Source of the DNA: Escherichia coli
GTDB taxonomy: Bacteria > Pseudomonadota > Gammaproteobacteria > Enterobacterales > Enterobacteriaceae
Length of the DNA stretch: 64,000 nt
Direction: 5' to 3' (one strand)
Assembly (NCBI RefSeq): GCF_017348835.2
Contig: NZ_CP071375.1
Within the stretch, counting starts at the first letter, position 1, and the number at the start of each line of letters is the position of its first letter. A model generated the notes under the pieces. That model was not told the origin of the DNA. It did no database searches and saw only the letters and a list, made by a program, of their open reading frames with translations. A program made the translations under genes and the position numbers. Shown here piece after piece: positions 24,555-37,092 of this stretch.

Positions 24555-25448
24555 ATGAAACGCCCGGACTACAGAACATTACAGGCACTGGATGCGGTGA
24601 TACGTGAACGAGGATTTGAGCGCGCGGCACAAAAGCTGTGCATTACACAATCAGCCGTCTCACAGCGCATTAAGCAACTGGAAAATATGTTCGGGCAGCC
24701 GCTGTTAGTGCGTACCGTACCGCCGCGCCCAACGGAACAAGGTCAAAAACTGCTGGCACTGCTGCGCCAGGTGGAGTTGCTGGAAGAAGAGTGGCTGGGC
24801 GATGAACAAACCGGTTCGACTCCGCTGCTACTTTCACTGGCGGTCAATGCCGACAGTCTGGCGACGTGGTTGCTTCCGGCACTGGCTCCTGTGTTGGCTG
24901 ATTCGCCTATCCGCCTCAACTTGCAGGTAGAAGATGAAACCCGCACTCAGGAACGTCTGCGTCGCGGCGAAGTGGTCGGCGCGGTGAGTATTCAACATCA
25001 GGCGCTGCCGAGTTGTCTTGTCGATAAACTTGGTGCGCTCGACTATCTGTTCGTCAGCTCAAAACCGTTTGCCGAAAAATATTTCCCTAACGGCGTAACG
25101 CGTTCGGCATTACTGAAAGCACCAGTGGTCGCGTTTGACCATCTTGACGATATGCACCAGGCCTTTTTGCAGCAAAACTTCGATCTGCCTCCTGGCAGCG
25201 TACCCTGCCATATCGTTAATTCTTCAGAAGCATTCGTACAACTTGCTCGCCAGGGCACCACCTGCTGTATGATCCCGCACCTGCAAATCGAGAAAGAGCT
25301 GGCCAGCGGTGAACTGATTGACTTAACGCCTGGGCTATTTCAACGACGGATGCTCTACTGGCACCGCTTTGCTCCTGAAAGCCGCATGATGCGTAAAGTC
25401 ACTGATGCGTTACTCGATTATGGTCACAAAGTCCTTCGTCAGGATTAA
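24555..25448 (+). CDS. argP: LysR-type regulator ArgP (IciA)
   Basis: 297 aa from ATG 24555 ([28 protein letters not shown]...). Confidence 0.9.
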
Positions 25449-25651
25449 TCCATCAAATAATGCCTGATAGCACATATCAGGCGTTGTCCTCACTTCTTTT
25501 TGTATTCCTTGAATCACATCACAAAATAGACAAATCTCAGGCGGCAAAAAACGACGTCTGAATGCATTTTTTTTGCTGGCGACAAACCCACGTAAAAAGC
25601 TCACCGTAGGCGCAAATACCCTCATTTTGATTGCGTTTTACGGAGCAAATA

Positions 25652-27796
25652 ATGTCTAACGTGCAGGAGTGGCAACAGCTTGCCAACAAGGAATTGAGCC
25701 GTCGGGAGAAAACTGTCGACTCGCTGGTTCAGCAAACCGCGGAAGGGATCGCCATCAAGCCGCTGTATACCGAAGCCGATCTCGATAATCTGGAGGTGAC
25801 AGGTACCCTTCCTGGTTTGCCGCCCTACGTTCGTGGCCCGCGTGCCACTATGTATACCGCCCAACCATGGACCATCCGTCAGTATGCTGGTTTTTCAACA
25901 GCAAAAGAGTCCAACGCTTTTTATCGTCGTAACCTGGCCGCCGGGCAAAAAGGTCTTTCCGTTGCGTTTGACCTTGCCACCCACCGAGGCTACGACTCCG
26001 ATAACCCGCGCGTGGCGGGCGACGTCGGCAAAGCGGGCGTCGCTATCGACACCGTGGAAGATATGAAAGTCCTGTTCGACCAGATCCCGCTGGATAAAAT
26101 GTCGGTTTCAATGACCATGAATGGCGCAGTGCTACCAGTACTGGAGTTTTATATCGTCGCCGCAGAAGAGCAAGGTGTTACACCTGATAAACTGACCGGC
26201 ACCATTCAAAACGATATCCTCAAAGAGTATCTTTGCCGCAACACCTATATTTACCCACCAAAACCGTCAATGCGCATTATCGCCGATATCATCGCCTGGT
26301 GTTCCGGCAACATGCCGCGATTTAATACCATCAGTATCAGCGGTTACCACATGGGTGAAGCGGGTGCCAACTGCGTGCAGCAGGTAGCATTTACGCTCGC
26401 TGATGGGATTGAGTACATCAAAGCAGCAATCTCTGCCGGACTGAAAATTGATGACTTCGCTCCTCGCCTGTCGTTCTTCTTCGGCATCGGCATGGATCTG
26501 TTTATGAACGTCGCCATGTTGCGTGCGGCACGTTATTTATGGAGCGAAGCGGTCAGTGGATTTGGCGCACAGGACCCGAAATCACTGGCGCTGCGTACCC
26601 ACTGCCAGACCTCAGGCTGGAGCCTGACTGAACAGGATCCGTATAACAACGTTATCCGCACCACCATTGAAGCACTGGCTGCGACGCTGGGCGGTACTCA
26701 GTCACTGCATACCAACGCCTTTGACGAAGCGCTTGGTTTGCCTACCGATTTCTCAGCACGCATTGCCCACAACACCCAGATCATCATCCAGGAAGAATCA
26801 GAACTCTGCCGCACCGTCGATCCACTGGCCGGATCCTATTACATTGAGTCGCTGACCGATCAAATCGTCAAACAAGCCAGAGCTATTATCCAACAGATCG
26901 ACGAAGCCGGTGGCATGGCGAAAGCGATCGAAGCAGGTCTGCCAAAACGAATGATCGAAGAGGCCTCAGCGCGCGAACAGTCGCTGATCGACCAGGGCAA
27001 GCGTGTCATCGTTGGTGTCAACAAGTACAAACTGGATCACGAAGACGAAACCGATGTACTTGAGATCGACAACGTGATGGTGCGTAACGAGCAAATTGCT
27101 TCGCTGGAACGCATTCGCGCCACCCGTGATGATGCCGCCGTAACCGCCGCGTTGAACGCCCTGACTCACGCCGCACAGCATAACGAAAACCTGCTGGCTG
27201 CCGCTGTTAATGCCGCTCGCGTTCGCGCCACCCTGGGTGAAATTTCCGATGCGCTGGAAGCCGCTTTCGACCGTTATCTGGTGCCAAGCCAGTGTGTTAC
27301 CGGCGTGATTGCGCAAAGCTATCATCAGTCTGAGAAATCGGCCTCCGAGTTCGATGCCATTGTTGCGCAAACGGAGCAGTTCCTTGCCGACAATGGTCGT
27401 CGCCCGCGCATTCTGATCGCCAAAATGGGCCAGGATGGGCACGATCGCGGCGCGAAAGTGATCGCCAGCGCCTATTCCGATCTCGGTTTCGACGTAGATT
27501 TAAGCCCGATGTTCTCTACACCTGAAGAGATCGCCCGCCTGGCAGTAGAAAATGACGTTCACGTAGTGGGCGCATCCTCACTGGCTGCCGGTCATAAAAC
27601 GCTGATCCCGGAACTGGTCGAAGCACTGAAAAAATGGGGACGCGAAGATATCTGCGTAGTCGCCGGTGGCGTCATTCCACCGCAGGATTACGCCTTCCTG
27701 CAAGAGCGCGGCGTGGCGGCGATTTATGGTCCAGGTACACCTATGCTCGACAGTGTGCGCGACGTACTGAATCTGATAAGCCAGCATCATGATTAA
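25652..27796 (+). CDS. scpA: methylmalonyl-CoA mutase (Sbm, sleeping beauty mutase)
   Basis: 714 aa from ATG 25652 ([14 protein letters not shown]...), B12-binding C-terminal domain. Confidence 0.95.
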   Translation: MSNVQEWQQLANKELSRREKTVDSLVQQTAEGIAIKPLYTEADLDNLEVTGTLPGLPPYVRGPRATMYTAQPWTIRQYAGFSTAKESNAFYRRNLAAGQKGLSVAFDLATHRGYDSDNPRVAGDVGKAGVAIDTVEDMKVLFDQIPLDKMSVSMTMNGAVLPVLEFYIVAAEEQGVTPDKLTGTIQNDILKEYLCRNTYIYPPKPSMRIIADIIAWCSGNMPRFNTISISGYHMGEAGANCVQQVAFTLADGIEYIKAAISAGLKIDDFAPRLSFFFGIGMDLFMNVAMLRAARYLWSEAVSGFGAQDPKSLALRTHCQTSGWSLTEQDPYNNVIRTTIEALAATLGGTQSLHTNAFDEALGLPTDFSARIAHNTQIIIQEESELCRTVDPLAGSYYIESLTDQIVKQARAIIQQIDEAGGMAKAIEAGLPKRMIEEASAREQSLIDQGKRVIVGVNKYKLDHEDETDVLEIDNVMVRNEQIASLERIRATRDDAAVTAALNALTHAAQHNENLLAAAVNAARVRATLGEISDALEAAFDRYLVPSQCVTGVIAQSYHQSEKSASEFDAIVAQTEQFLADNGRRPRILIAKMGQDGHDRGAKVIASAYSDLGFDVDLSPMFSTPEEIARLAVENDVHVVGASSLAAGHKTLIPELVEALKKWGREDICVVAGGVIPPQDYAFLQERGVAAIYGPGTPMLDSVRDVLNLISQHHD

Positions 27797-28784
27797 TGAA
27801 GCCACGCTGGCAGAAAGTATTCGCCGCTTACGTCAGGGTGAGCGTGCCACACTCGCCCAGGCCATGACGCTGGTGGAAAGCCGTCACCCGCGTCATCAGG
27901 CGCTAAGTACGCAACTGCTTGATGCCATTATGCCGTACTGCGGTAACGCCCTGCGACTGGGCGTTACCGGCACACCCGGCGCGGGGAAAAGTACCTTTCT
28001 TGAAGCCTTTGGCATGTTGTTGATTCGTGATGGATTAAAGGTTGCGGTTATTGCGGTCGATCCCAGCAGTCCGGTCACTGGCGGTAGCATTCTCGGGGAT
28101 AAAACCCGCATGAATGACCTGGCGCGTGCCGAGACGGCGTTTATTCGCCCGGTACCATCCTCCGGTCATCTGGGCGGTGCCAGTCAGCGAGCGCGGGAAT
28201 TAATGCTGTTATGCGAAGCGGCGGGTTATGACGTAGTGATTGTCGAAACGGTTGGCGTCGGGCAGTCGGAAACGGAAGTCGCCCGTATGGTGGACTGTTT
28301 TATCTCGTTGCAAATTGCCGGTGGCGGCGATGATCTGCAGGGCATTAAAAAAGGGCTGATGGAAGTGGCTGATCTGATCGTTATCAACAAAGACGATGGC
28401 GATAACCATACCAATGTCGCCATTGCCCGGCATATGTACGAGAGTGCCCTGCATATTCTGCGACGTAAATACGACGAATGGCAGCCACGGGTTCTGACTT
28501 GTAGCGCACTGGAAAAACGTGGAATCGATGAGATCTGGCACGCCATCATCGACTTCAAAACCGCGCTAACTGCCAGTGGTCGTTTACAACAAGTGCGGCA
28601 ACAACAATCGGTGGAATGGCTGCGTAAGCAGACCGAAGAAGAAGTACTGAATCACCTGTTCGCGAATGAAGATTTCGATCGCTATTACCGCCAGACGCTT
28701 TTAGCGGTCAAAAACAATACGCTCTCACCGCGCACCGGCCTGCGGCAGCTCAGTGAATTTATCCAGACGCAATATTTTGATTAA
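27789..28784 (+). CDS. argK: methylmalonyl-CoA mutase-associated GTPase (MeaB/ArgK)
   Basis: 331 aa, P-loop GTPGAGKST; start overlaps scpA stop. Confidence 0.9.
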   Translation: MINEATLAESIRRLRQGERATLAQAMTLVESRHPRHQALSTQLLDAIMPYCGNALRLGVTGTPGAGKSTFLEAFGMLLIRDGLKVAVIAVDPSSPVTGGSILGDKTRMNDLARAETAFIRPVPSSGHLGGASQRARELMLLCEAAGYDVVIVETVGVGQSETEVARMVDCFISLQIAGGGDDLQGIKKGLMEVADLIVINKDDGDNHTNVAIARHMYESALHILRRKYDEWQPRVLTCSALEKRGIDEIWHAIIDFKTALTASGRLQQVRQQQSVEWLRKQTEEEVLNHLFANEDFDRYYRQTLLAVKNNTLSPRTGLRQLSEFIQTQYFD

Positions 28785-28794
28785 AGGAATTTTT

Positions 28795-29580
28795 ATGTCT
28801 TATCAGTATGTGAACGTTGCCACTATCAACAAAGTGGCGGTCATTGAGTTTAACTATGGCCGAAAACTTAATGCCTTAAGTAAAGTCTTTATTGATGATC
28901 TTATGCAGGCGTTAAGCGATCTCAACCGGTCGGAAATTCGCTGTATCATTTTGCGCGCGCCGAGTGGATCCAAAGTCTTCTCCGCAGGTCACGATATTCA
29001 CGAACTGCCGTCTGGCGGTCGCGATCCGCTCTCCTATGATGATCCATTGCGTCAAATCACCCGCATGATCCAAAAATTCCCGAAACCGATCATTTCGATG
29101 GTGGAAGGTAGTGTTTGGGGTGGCGCATTTGAAATGATCATGAGTTCCGATCTGATCATCGCCGCCAGTACCTCAACCTTCTCAATGACGCCTGTAAACC
29201 TCGGCGTCCCGTATAACCTGGTCGGCATTCACAACCTGACCCGCGACGCGGGCTTCCACATTGTCAAAGAGCTGATTTTTACCGCTTCGCCAATCACCGC
29301 CCAGCGCGCGCTGGCTGTCGGCATCCTCAACCATGTTGTGGAAGTGGAAGAACTGGAAGATTTCACCTTACAAATGGCGCACCACATCTCTGAGAAAGCG
29401 CCGTTAGCCATTGCCGTTATCAAAGAAGAGCTGCGTGTACTGGGCGAAGCACACACCATGAACTCCGATGAATTTGAACGTATTCAGGGGATGCGCCGCG
29501 CGGTTTATGACAGCGAAGATTACCAGGAAGGGATGAACGCTTTCCTCGAAAAACGTAAACCTAATTTCGTTGGTCATTAA
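28795..29580 (+). CDS. scpB: methylmalonyl-CoA decarboxylase (crotonase fold)
   Basis: 261 aa from ATG 28795 (MSYQYVNVATINKVAVIEFNYG...). Confidence 0.9.
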   Translation: MSYQYVNVATINKVAVIEFNYGRKLNALSKVFIDDLMQALSDLNRSEIRCIILRAPSGSKVFSAGHDIHELPSGGRDPLSYDDPLRQITRMIQKFPKPIISMVEGSVWGGAFEMIMSSDLIIAASTSTFSMTPVNLGVPYNLVGIHNLTRDAGFHIVKELIFTASPITAQRALAVGILNHVVEVEELEDFTLQMAHHISEKAPLAIAVIKEELRVLGEAHTMNSDEFERIQGMRRAVYDSEDYQEGMNAFLEKRKPNFVGH

Positions 29581-29603
29581 TCCCTGCGAACGAAGGAGTA
29601 AAA

Positions 29604-31082
29604 ATGGAAACTCAGTGGACAAGGATGACCGCCGATGAAGCGGCAGAAATTATCCAGCATAACGACATGGTGGCATTTAGCGGCTTTACCCCAGCGGGTT
29701 CGCCGAAAGCCCTACCCACCGCGATTGCCCGCAGAGCTAACGAACAGCATGAGGCCAAAAAGCCGTATCAAATTCGCCTGCTGACGGGGGCGTCAATCAG
29801 CGCCGCCGCTGACGATGTACTTTCTGACGCCGATGCTGTTTCCTGGCGTGCGCCATATCAAACATCGTCCGGTTTACGTAAAAAGATCAATCAGGGCGCG
29901 GTGAGTTTCGTTGACCTGCATTTGAGCGAAGTGGCGCAAATGGTCAATTACGGTTTCTTCGGCGACATTGATGTTGCCGTCATTGAAGCATCGGCACTGG
30001 CACCAGATGGTCGAGTCTGGTTAACCAGCGGGATCGGTAATGCGCCGACCTGGCTGCTGCGAGCGAAGAAAGTGATCATTGAACTCAATCACTATCACGA
30101 TCCGCGCGTTGCAGAACTGGCGGATATTGTGATTCCTGGCGCGCCACCGCGGCGCAATAGCGTGTCGATCTTCCATGCAATGGATCGCGTCGGTACCCGC
30201 TATGTGCAAATCGATCCGAAAAAGATTGTCGCCGTCGTGGAAACCAACTTGCCCGACGCCGGTAATATGCTGGATAAGCAAAATCCCATGTGCCAGCAGA
30301 TTGCCGATAACGTGGTCACGTTCTTATTGCAGGAAATGGCACATGGGCGTATTCCGCCGGAATTTCTGCCGCTGCAAAGTGGCGTGGGCAATATCAATAA
30401 TGCGGTAATGGCGCGTCTGGGGGAAAACCCGGAAATTCCTCCGTTTATGATGTATTCGGAAGTGCTACAGGAATCGGTGGTGCATTTACTGGAAACCGGC
30501 AAAATCAGCGGGGCCAGCACCTCCAGCCTGACAATCTCGGCCGATTCCCTGCGCAAGATTTACGACAATATGGATTACTTTGCCAGTCGCATTGTGTTGC
30601 GTCCGCAGGAGATTTCCAATAACCCGGAAATCATCCGTCGTCTGGGCGTCATCGCTCTGAACGTCGGCCTGGAGTTTGATATTTACGGGCATGCCAACTC
30701 AACGCACGTAGCCGGGGTCGATCTGATGAACGGCATCGGCGGCAGCGGTGATTTTGAACGCAACGCGTATCTGTCGATCTTTATGGCCCCGTCGATTGCT
30801 AAAGAAGGCAAGATCTCAACCGTCGTGCCAATGTGCAGCCATGTTGATCACAGCGAACACAGCGTCAAAGTGATCATCACCGAACAAGGGATCGCCGATC
30901 TGCGCGGTCTTTACCCGCTTCAACGCGCCCGCACTATCATTGATAATTGTGCACATCCTATGTATCGGGATTATCTGCATCGCTATCTGGAAAATGCGCC
31001 TGGCGGACATATTCACCACGATCTTAGCCACGTCTTCGACTTACACCGTAATTTAATTGCAACCGGCTCGATGCTGGGTTAA
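29604..31082 (+). CDS. scpC: propionyl-CoA:succinate CoA transferase
   Basis: 492 aa ORF. Confidence 0.9.
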   Translation: METQWTRMTADEAAEIIQHNDMVAFSGFTPAGSPKALPTAIARRANEQHEAKKPYQIRLLTGASISAAADDVLSDADAVSWRAPYQTSSGLRKKINQGAVSFVDLHLSEVAQMVNYGFFGDIDVAVIEASALAPDGRVWLTSGIGNAPTWLLRAKKVIIELNHYHDPRVAELADIVIPGAPPRRNSVSIFHAMDRVGTRYVQIDPKKIVAVVETNLPDAGNMLDKQNPMCQQIADNVVTFLLQEMAHGRIPPEFLPLQSGVGNINNAVMARLGENPEIPPFMMYSEVLQESVVHLLETGKISGASTSSLTISADSLRKIYDNMDYFASRIVLRPQEISNNPEIIRRLGVIALNVGLEFDIYGHANSTHVAGVDLMNGIGGSGDFERNAYLSIFMAPSIAKEGKISTVVPMCSHVDHSEHSVKVIITEQGIADLRGLYPLQRARTIIDNCAHPMYRDYLHRYLENAPGGHIHHDLSHVFDLHRNLIATGSMLG

Positions 31083-31975
31083 TGACTCGTCCCGTCACGA
31101 TCTTCAGCAATATGCTGAAGCATCGTGGCGGTATAACGATGATTTCTGATTGAATAAAGATATTCCTGCATATACATCGGCCTGTGCGGTGCATCAAAAT
31201 ATTTCAGCGTTGCCGGATTCACCAGTCGCCAGGCAAAATGCGGGATCACCGTCAGAAAATGTCCGCGCTCCACGGCGCTGATTTTGGCCATAAAACTGTA
31301 GGGACGATAAATAATGGTTGGATTGATCCCACAAGGTCGCATATTCGCATCAATCATTGCTTCGAAGTTGGCCCGGTTCTGAAAGCGCATTTGTAGCCAG
31401 GGCAGCTCCTGAAGCAGCTCTTGCTCTTGACGCTCTTCATAACGGCGAGAAACGAGAAAGCCTAATCGCAGCGGTGGTAGTTCACTGATAGTCAGGTTTT
31501 CCAGTTCCTGAACTCGTGCAGATACATGCTGTGGGGAGATAATAAAATCTAACTGACGGTCAAAAAGATTATCGATAACGCCGTTTTCGCTGAACTCAAC
31601 TGGCTGGGCGGTCACGCCTTCATACTTATCTCCGAGACTAATCAACTGATCGAAAATAATTGTCGGATAAGTATTATCTATGCCAATCACAATTTCTCGT
31701 GAACGACGCCCTGAGTTATGGATTTCATTATCAATCGCAGAAAGCCGTTGATAAACCGGGAACAGTTTTTGATACAGTTCCTGTCCGGCTTTATTGAGAC
31801 TGATATTATTATCTTTACGGGTAAATAGCGTATAGCCAATTTGTTCTTCCAGCGCGGCAATGCTTTTACCAAATGGCGAAGCCGTCATATGGATTTTTTC
31901 TGCCGCCCGGGCAATATTATTGGTTTGCGCTAATAAAATGAAATTGCGCATCTTTTTCGAATTAAAAATGTCCAT
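31079..31975 (-). CDS. ygfI: LysR-family transcriptional regulator YgfI
   Basis: 298 aa from ATG 31975 (MDIFNSKKMRNFILLAQTNNIARAAEKIHMTASPF...); convergent 4-nt overlap with scpC. Confidence 0.85.
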   Translation of the reverse strand: MDIFNSKKMRNFILLAQTNNIARAAEKIHMTASPFGKSIAALEEQIGYTLFTRKDNNISLNKAGQELYQKLFPVYQRLSAIDNEIHNSGRRSREIVIGIDNTYPTIIFDQLISLGDKYEGVTAQPVEFSENGVIDNLFDRQLDFIISPQHVSARVQELENLTISELPPLRLGFLVSRRYEERQEQELLQELPWLQMRFQNRANFEAMIDANMRPCGINPTIIYRPYSFMAKISAVERGHFLTVIPHFAWRLVNPATLKYFDAPHRPMYMQEYLYSIRNHRYTATMLQHIAEDRDGTSH

Positions 31976-32141
31976 CCCCCTCCCCCGCATCCTTGTCCGC
32001 TTAACCGTTTCAGTCAGCCTATCCTTGATGAAACCGCGAGCAAAGATAGGTGATTACGTCATGGTTTTACAGAAAATTACAGAAAAAGGAGGCAATATCG
32101 GGTAAAGGCATTAGCCCGACGAATACGTCGGGCTACAAGTA

Positions 32142-32882
32142 TTATTGTGCTGCAGGTGTTTTAGCGGGTTGTTGATCCACAGGTTCTAACTGGAAGACCA
32201 CATCGACCTGATCATCAAACTGAATAGCGGCCTGCTCGTAAGTTTCCTGGGCGGACACCGGCGCGGCATCGGCTTTCATCATCCGCACCATTGGGCTGGG
32301 CTGATAGTTGGAAACATGGTAGCGCACGCTATATACCGGCCCCAGTTTACGATGAAAGCCGTTCGCCAGTTCCTGCGCCTGATGAATCGCGTTATCAATC
32401 GCTGCCTTACGCGCTTTGTCTTTATAGGCATCTGGCTGCGCCACGCCCAGCGACACAGAACGAATTTCGTTAAGACCCGCCTTCAGCGCGCCATCCAGCA
32501 AGAAATTCAGTTTGTCTAACTGACGGAGCGTGACTTCCACCGTTCTCACAGCGCGGTAGCCTTTCAGGATACTTTTACCATCCTGATAATCATAATCTGG
32601 CTGGGTACGTAAGTTCGCTGAGCTGATATCTTTTTTCGCGATCTGATTGAGTTCAAGGAAGGAAATGTATTGTGCGACGCGCTCATCTGCCTGTTTCTTG
32701 GCAGTAGCGGCATCCTTCGCGGCCACGTTGACTTCAATCGCAAGAGTGGCAATGTCTGGCACCGCATCCACGCTTGCCGTACCGGAGGTGACAATATGCG
32801 GTCCATCCGGCAATTCGTTAGCCTGCGCTGCCATCCCGCTAATACCCATTAATGCCGCCAGGGCGATAACTTTGAACTTCAC
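32142..32882 (-). CDS. yggE: periplasmic DUF541 (SIMPL-like) protein YggE
   Basis: 246 aa, signal peptide. Confidence 0.85.
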   Translation of the reverse strand: MKFKVIALAALMGISGMAAQANELPDGPHIVTSGTASVDAVPDIATLAIEVNVAAKDAATAKKQADERVAQYISFLELNQIAKKDISSANLRTQPDYDYQDGKSILKGYRAVRTVEVTLRQLDKLNFLLDGALKAGLNEIRSVSLGVAQPDAYKDKARKAAIDNAIHQAQELANGFHRKLGPVYSVRYHVSNYQPSPMVRMMKADAAPVSAQETYEQAAIQFDDQVDVVFQLEPVDQQPAKTPAAQ

Positions 32883-32974
32883 GTTAGTCTCTCCGTGTTA
32901 ATTGACTTGCCCAAAATTCAGGACCTCTGGAGGCAAGCTTAGCGCCTCTGTTTTATTTTTCCATCAGATAGCGC

Positions 32975-33610
32975 CTAACTGAACAAGGCTTGTGCATGAG
33001 CAATGCCATCTCTCGCCAGCTGCAAGGCAATAAACCACATAACACATCCCACTACCAGATTGATAATGCGCTGTGATTTTGCCGTGCGCAGGCGCGGTGC
33101 CAGCCAGGCTGCAAGAATAGCCAGACCAAAGAACCACAGGAAAGAGGCGCTAATTGTCCCGAGCGCAAACCAACGTTTTGGTTCCACATCAAGTTGCCCG
33201 CCGAGGCTGCCCAGTACAACAAAAGTATCCAGGTAAACATGCGGATTCAGCCAGGTCACTGCCAACATGGTGGCGATAATTTTCCATCTTCCTTGCTTCA
33301 GGACTTCGGCACTGGCTAACTCAATATTACTGCTCATCGCTGTTTTAAAAGCGCCAAAACCATACCAGAGCAAGAAGGCTACGCCGCCCCAGGTGACCAG
33401 CGCCAGCAACCACTGCGACTGCATCAATAACGCGCTGCCACCAAAAATCCCGGCGCAAATCAGGACCAAATCGCTGATAGCGCAAAGTAAGGCAATCATA
33501 ATGTGGTACTGACGACGAATGCCCTGATTCATCACAAAAGCATTTTGTGGACCGAGCGGTAGGATCATAGCTGCGCCAAGCGCAAGACCTTGAAAGTAAT
33601 AAGATATCAC
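32975..33610 (-). CDS. argO: arginine exporter ArgO (LysE family)
   Basis: 211 aa membrane ORF. Confidence 0.9.
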   Translation of the reverse strand: MISYYFQGLALGAAMILPLGPQNAFVMNQGIRRQYHIMIALLCAISDLVLICAGIFGGSALLMQSQWLLALVTWGGVAFLLWYGFGAFKTAMSSNIELASAEVLKQGRWKIIATMLAVTWLNPHVYLDTFVVLGSLGGQLDVEPKRWFALGTISASFLWFFGLAILAAWLAPRLRTAKSQRIINLVVGCVMWFIALQLARDGIAHAQALFS

Positions 33611-33813
33611 GTAATTTATTCCGAGCTAATTATCTGATTTGCAGACTATAGCGTGTGAGCATCATTAGAGGAAATGGATATTTTTAATAGCATATTAAAA
33701 ATATTAATAAGAAAACGAACAGTCAGGATGCGTGGCTATTTTTTGGATAACAATATCGCTCACAGGAATCGTGCTACGGCCATTACGGCCTCGCTTTATA
33801 AAGGACTCACACA

Positions 33814-34743
33814 ATGCATGCTTATGATCTTACCCTCTTGCCCCATCCTATCCGCGAAAATATGCCGCGCCAACAAGGTTGGTGCTTTGGCCTACCGCCA
33901 GGCATAACGCCCGAACAGTGGCCGCTGGATCCAAATAATGGTTTCCCATTGAATCATGGATTTACCCTGCTGTTGCCGGAAGATTATCGGATTTATGGGC
34001 CAGAGATTGTCGCGTTATCTTTCTTTGCTGTTGCGCCCGAGCACAACGATGGCGGAACACCATGTACAGAAGAATTATTGGATGTGTTTGAGAATTTTGA
34101 GTCCGGCATACCCCCCGAAGATCCAGACCTTTATGTTTTCTGGCTGGCAGAAAAGCAACGACATCCACGGCTATTTCGGATGGAAGATATATTAGGTTGT
34201 TCTTATGCGGTGATTTTACTCACCCAGCAAGAGTTCAACGGCCCATTTTGTGAACCGCCTGAACTTATACCTAATCACTATCGCAACCAGCAAGATACAC
34301 CAGAATGGATGACCACCGACAGTGCGTTTAGTTATTTTCAGGCAAGCGTCAGACCAAAAGATACGCCTGAAAGCAATTTTGTATACCGTAAAATGGGCAC
34401 CATTCCTGAGCAGTCGCTGGCTTTCAATCTGGCGATTTCATGTAAGCCGCGCGCTTTTGATCCTAATGCGGGAATTAGCCCCACAGAAAGAAATAATACG
34501 GAATATCAGTCCATTCGTTATTTTTCTAAAGATGCAGAGGGAAAGAGTAAATGTGAAACTCACCAGTGGCATAGTGCACATCAACCCGATCATCTCGGTG
34601 GTTCAATGGTTCCATTGCAATCTATACCAGATGGAATGTCACCTTTTTATATTGAATTTGAAGAATACTTCGGCGGGTATAATTTTGGTACTGGCAATGC
34701 GTGGCTGGACTTTAAAAATATGAAGTTCGATTTTAGTTGTTAA
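33814..34743 (+). CDS. cytoplasmic protein of unknown function, tentatively DUF1963 (YwqG-like)
   Basis: 309 aa, no signal peptide; segment GWCFGLPPGITPEQWPLDPNNGFPLNHGFTLLLPED...VALSFF resembles the YwqG skeleton as I remember it (FGG.P.LP..WP...G.PL.F....G.L.FF); AAAGGA Shine-Dalgarno-like sequence upstream. Confidence 0.45.
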   Translation: MHAYDLTLLPHPIRENMPRQQGWCFGLPPGITPEQWPLDPNNGFPLNHGFTLLLPEDYRIYGPEIVALSFFAVAPEHNDGGTPCTEELLDVFENFESGIPPEDPDLYVFWLAEKQRHPRLFRMEDILGCSYAVILLTQQEFNGPFCEPPELIPNHYRNQQDTPEWMTTDSAFSYFQASVRPKDTPESNFVYRKMGTIPEQSLAFNLAISCKPRAFDPNAGISPTERNNTEYQSIRYFSKDAEGKSKCETHQWHSAHQPDHLGGSMVPLQSIPDGMSPFYIEFEEYFGGYNFGTGNAWLDFKNMKFDFSC

Positions 34744-34797
34744 AGTTCACGGCTTTTAATATTAATGACGACCAATAAAATTACAGATGGAACTGAG

Positions 34798-35841
34798 ATG
34801 ACATTCAAACACTTTTTACTTTCTCTGGTATCAGGATTACTTCTGATATCTTCCCACAACGTTGCCGCTGAAAAAATTCTTCGTTATACAGACCATGAAC
34901 CCTACGGGGGAATGCGTACACAAATAATTAAAGAGATATTTTTTGCAGAAATTGAAAAAGAGTCGCAGGGGCGTTTGAAAATCGAACCACACTGGAACGG
35001 TGAAACCGCCATCAGCTATGACGCTCTGACGACAATAAGTGATGGTAGCAAAGCTGATATGGGTATAGTGGTACCGGAATACACAGCGAAACAATTACCG
35101 CTTCATCAAATCTTCAAGAGCTTTGCTATTGGCCCGGATCATGGAGCCAGTCAGGTAGAATTCTTTCGTCGCTTATATGCGGAAATTCCCGAATTTAACG
35201 CTGAACTTGAGCGTAACAATATCGTGAATTTACAGTTTTTCCTTGGCTACCCGGTAGGCTTTTTCTCTACCAGGCCCATTGATAAATTGACTGCACTTCA
35301 GGGAACCACCTGGCGAACAGCCAGTTTCTGGCATCGGGCTTATTTAACTCATACGGGGGCAAAAACCGTAACCTTACCGTGGAATGAGCAAATTACGACA
35401 GCACTCCGCGACGGACAACTCGATGGCTTAATGGTCAATCTTGATAGCGGATATGACATCCATGCTGAACGTGCTGCGCCGAATGTGTTGCTCTCCCCTT
35501 CGCTCTGGCTTGGTCATGTTTATCTGTTGGTAATGAATAAACAAACGTGGGAAAACCTTGATAACAGAGATCGTGAGGCTATTCAACAAGCGGCCATTAC
35601 AACCGAGAAAGCGCTGGGCAAGGCATTAGATAACAACCTGATCAGCATGGTAAAAACGCTTGAGCAGGAAGGTGCACAGGTTCGCTATTTGAAAAAATCA
35701 GAGCTGGACGCCTGGCAGAAAGCGATTGGTTATCAGCAAGAGCAAACGCAGTGGGTAGAACAGCAAAAAACTGAAGGCGTGGATAATGCCGGGGAAGTCA
35801 TGCAAAAAGTTGCCAATATACTTGATGAAACAATGCGTTAA
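34798..35841 (+). CDS. TRAP-type periplasmic solute-binding protein, DctP family (orphan: no DctQ/DctM nearby)
   Basis: Signal peptide MTFKHFLLSLVSGLLLISSHNVAA then DctP-like blocks (EIEKESQGRLKIEPHW; LQGTTWRTAS...GAKTVTLPWNEQITTALRDGQLDG); ORF track start 34765 adds 11 unlikely residues. Confidence 0.65.
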   Translation: MTFKHFLLSLVSGLLLISSHNVAAEKILRYTDHEPYGGMRTQIIKEIFFAEIEKESQGRLKIEPHWNGETAISYDALTTISDGSKADMGIVVPEYTAKQLPLHQIFKSFAIGPDHGASQVEFFRRLYAEIPEFNAELERNNIVNLQFFLGYPVGFFSTRPIDKLTALQGTTWRTASFWHRAYLTHTGAKTVTLPWNEQITTALRDGQLDGLMVNLDSGYDIHAERAAPNVLLSPSLWLGHVYLLVMNKQTWENLDNRDREAIQQAAITTEKALGKALDNNLISMVKTLEQEGAQVRYLKKSELDAWQKAIGYQQEQTQWVEQQKTEGVDNAGEVMQKVANILDETMR

Positions 35842-35882
35842 ATTGGTAGTGCGCCCATGAATTTCATGGGCGCTTCACATGA

Positions 35883-36758
<876 letters not shown>

Positions 36759-36939
36759 TCAATATTCCTTTTCAACTGACTCAAAATGGAGAAATACACT
36801 CCGCCGCCTTATGACGGGCAGTCTGACAAGGGTAAACAATAAAGCATAATTTTGCCAAATAGATCACAGATTTCTCATCTGCATCACCTTGCTTTTGGCG
36901 AAAAAAAGACCCGCAGAGCGGGGCTCAGACAGATATCAA

Positions 36940-37055
36940 TGTGCGCTTTGTCATGCCGGATGCGGCGTGAACGCCTTATCCGGCCTACAAAAACCTGCGA
37001 ATTCAATATATTGCAGGATACGTGTAGGCCTGATAAGCGTAGCGCATCAGGCAAT
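36940..37055. repeat. REP/BIME elements
   Basis: gccggatgcggcgtgaacgccttatccggcctac and gtaggcctgataagcgtagcgcatcaggc palindromic units. Confidence 0.65.
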
Positions 37056-37057
37056 TT

Positions 37058-37092
37058 TTCTTTTGGCAAAAAAAAGACCCGCAGAGCGGGCC
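37058..37092 (-). terminator. fbaA rho-independent terminator (a second near-identical copy lies at 36892-36925)
   Basis: Minus strand cccgctctgcggg hairpin followed by 8 T, about 25 nt past the fbaA stop. Confidence 0.55.
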
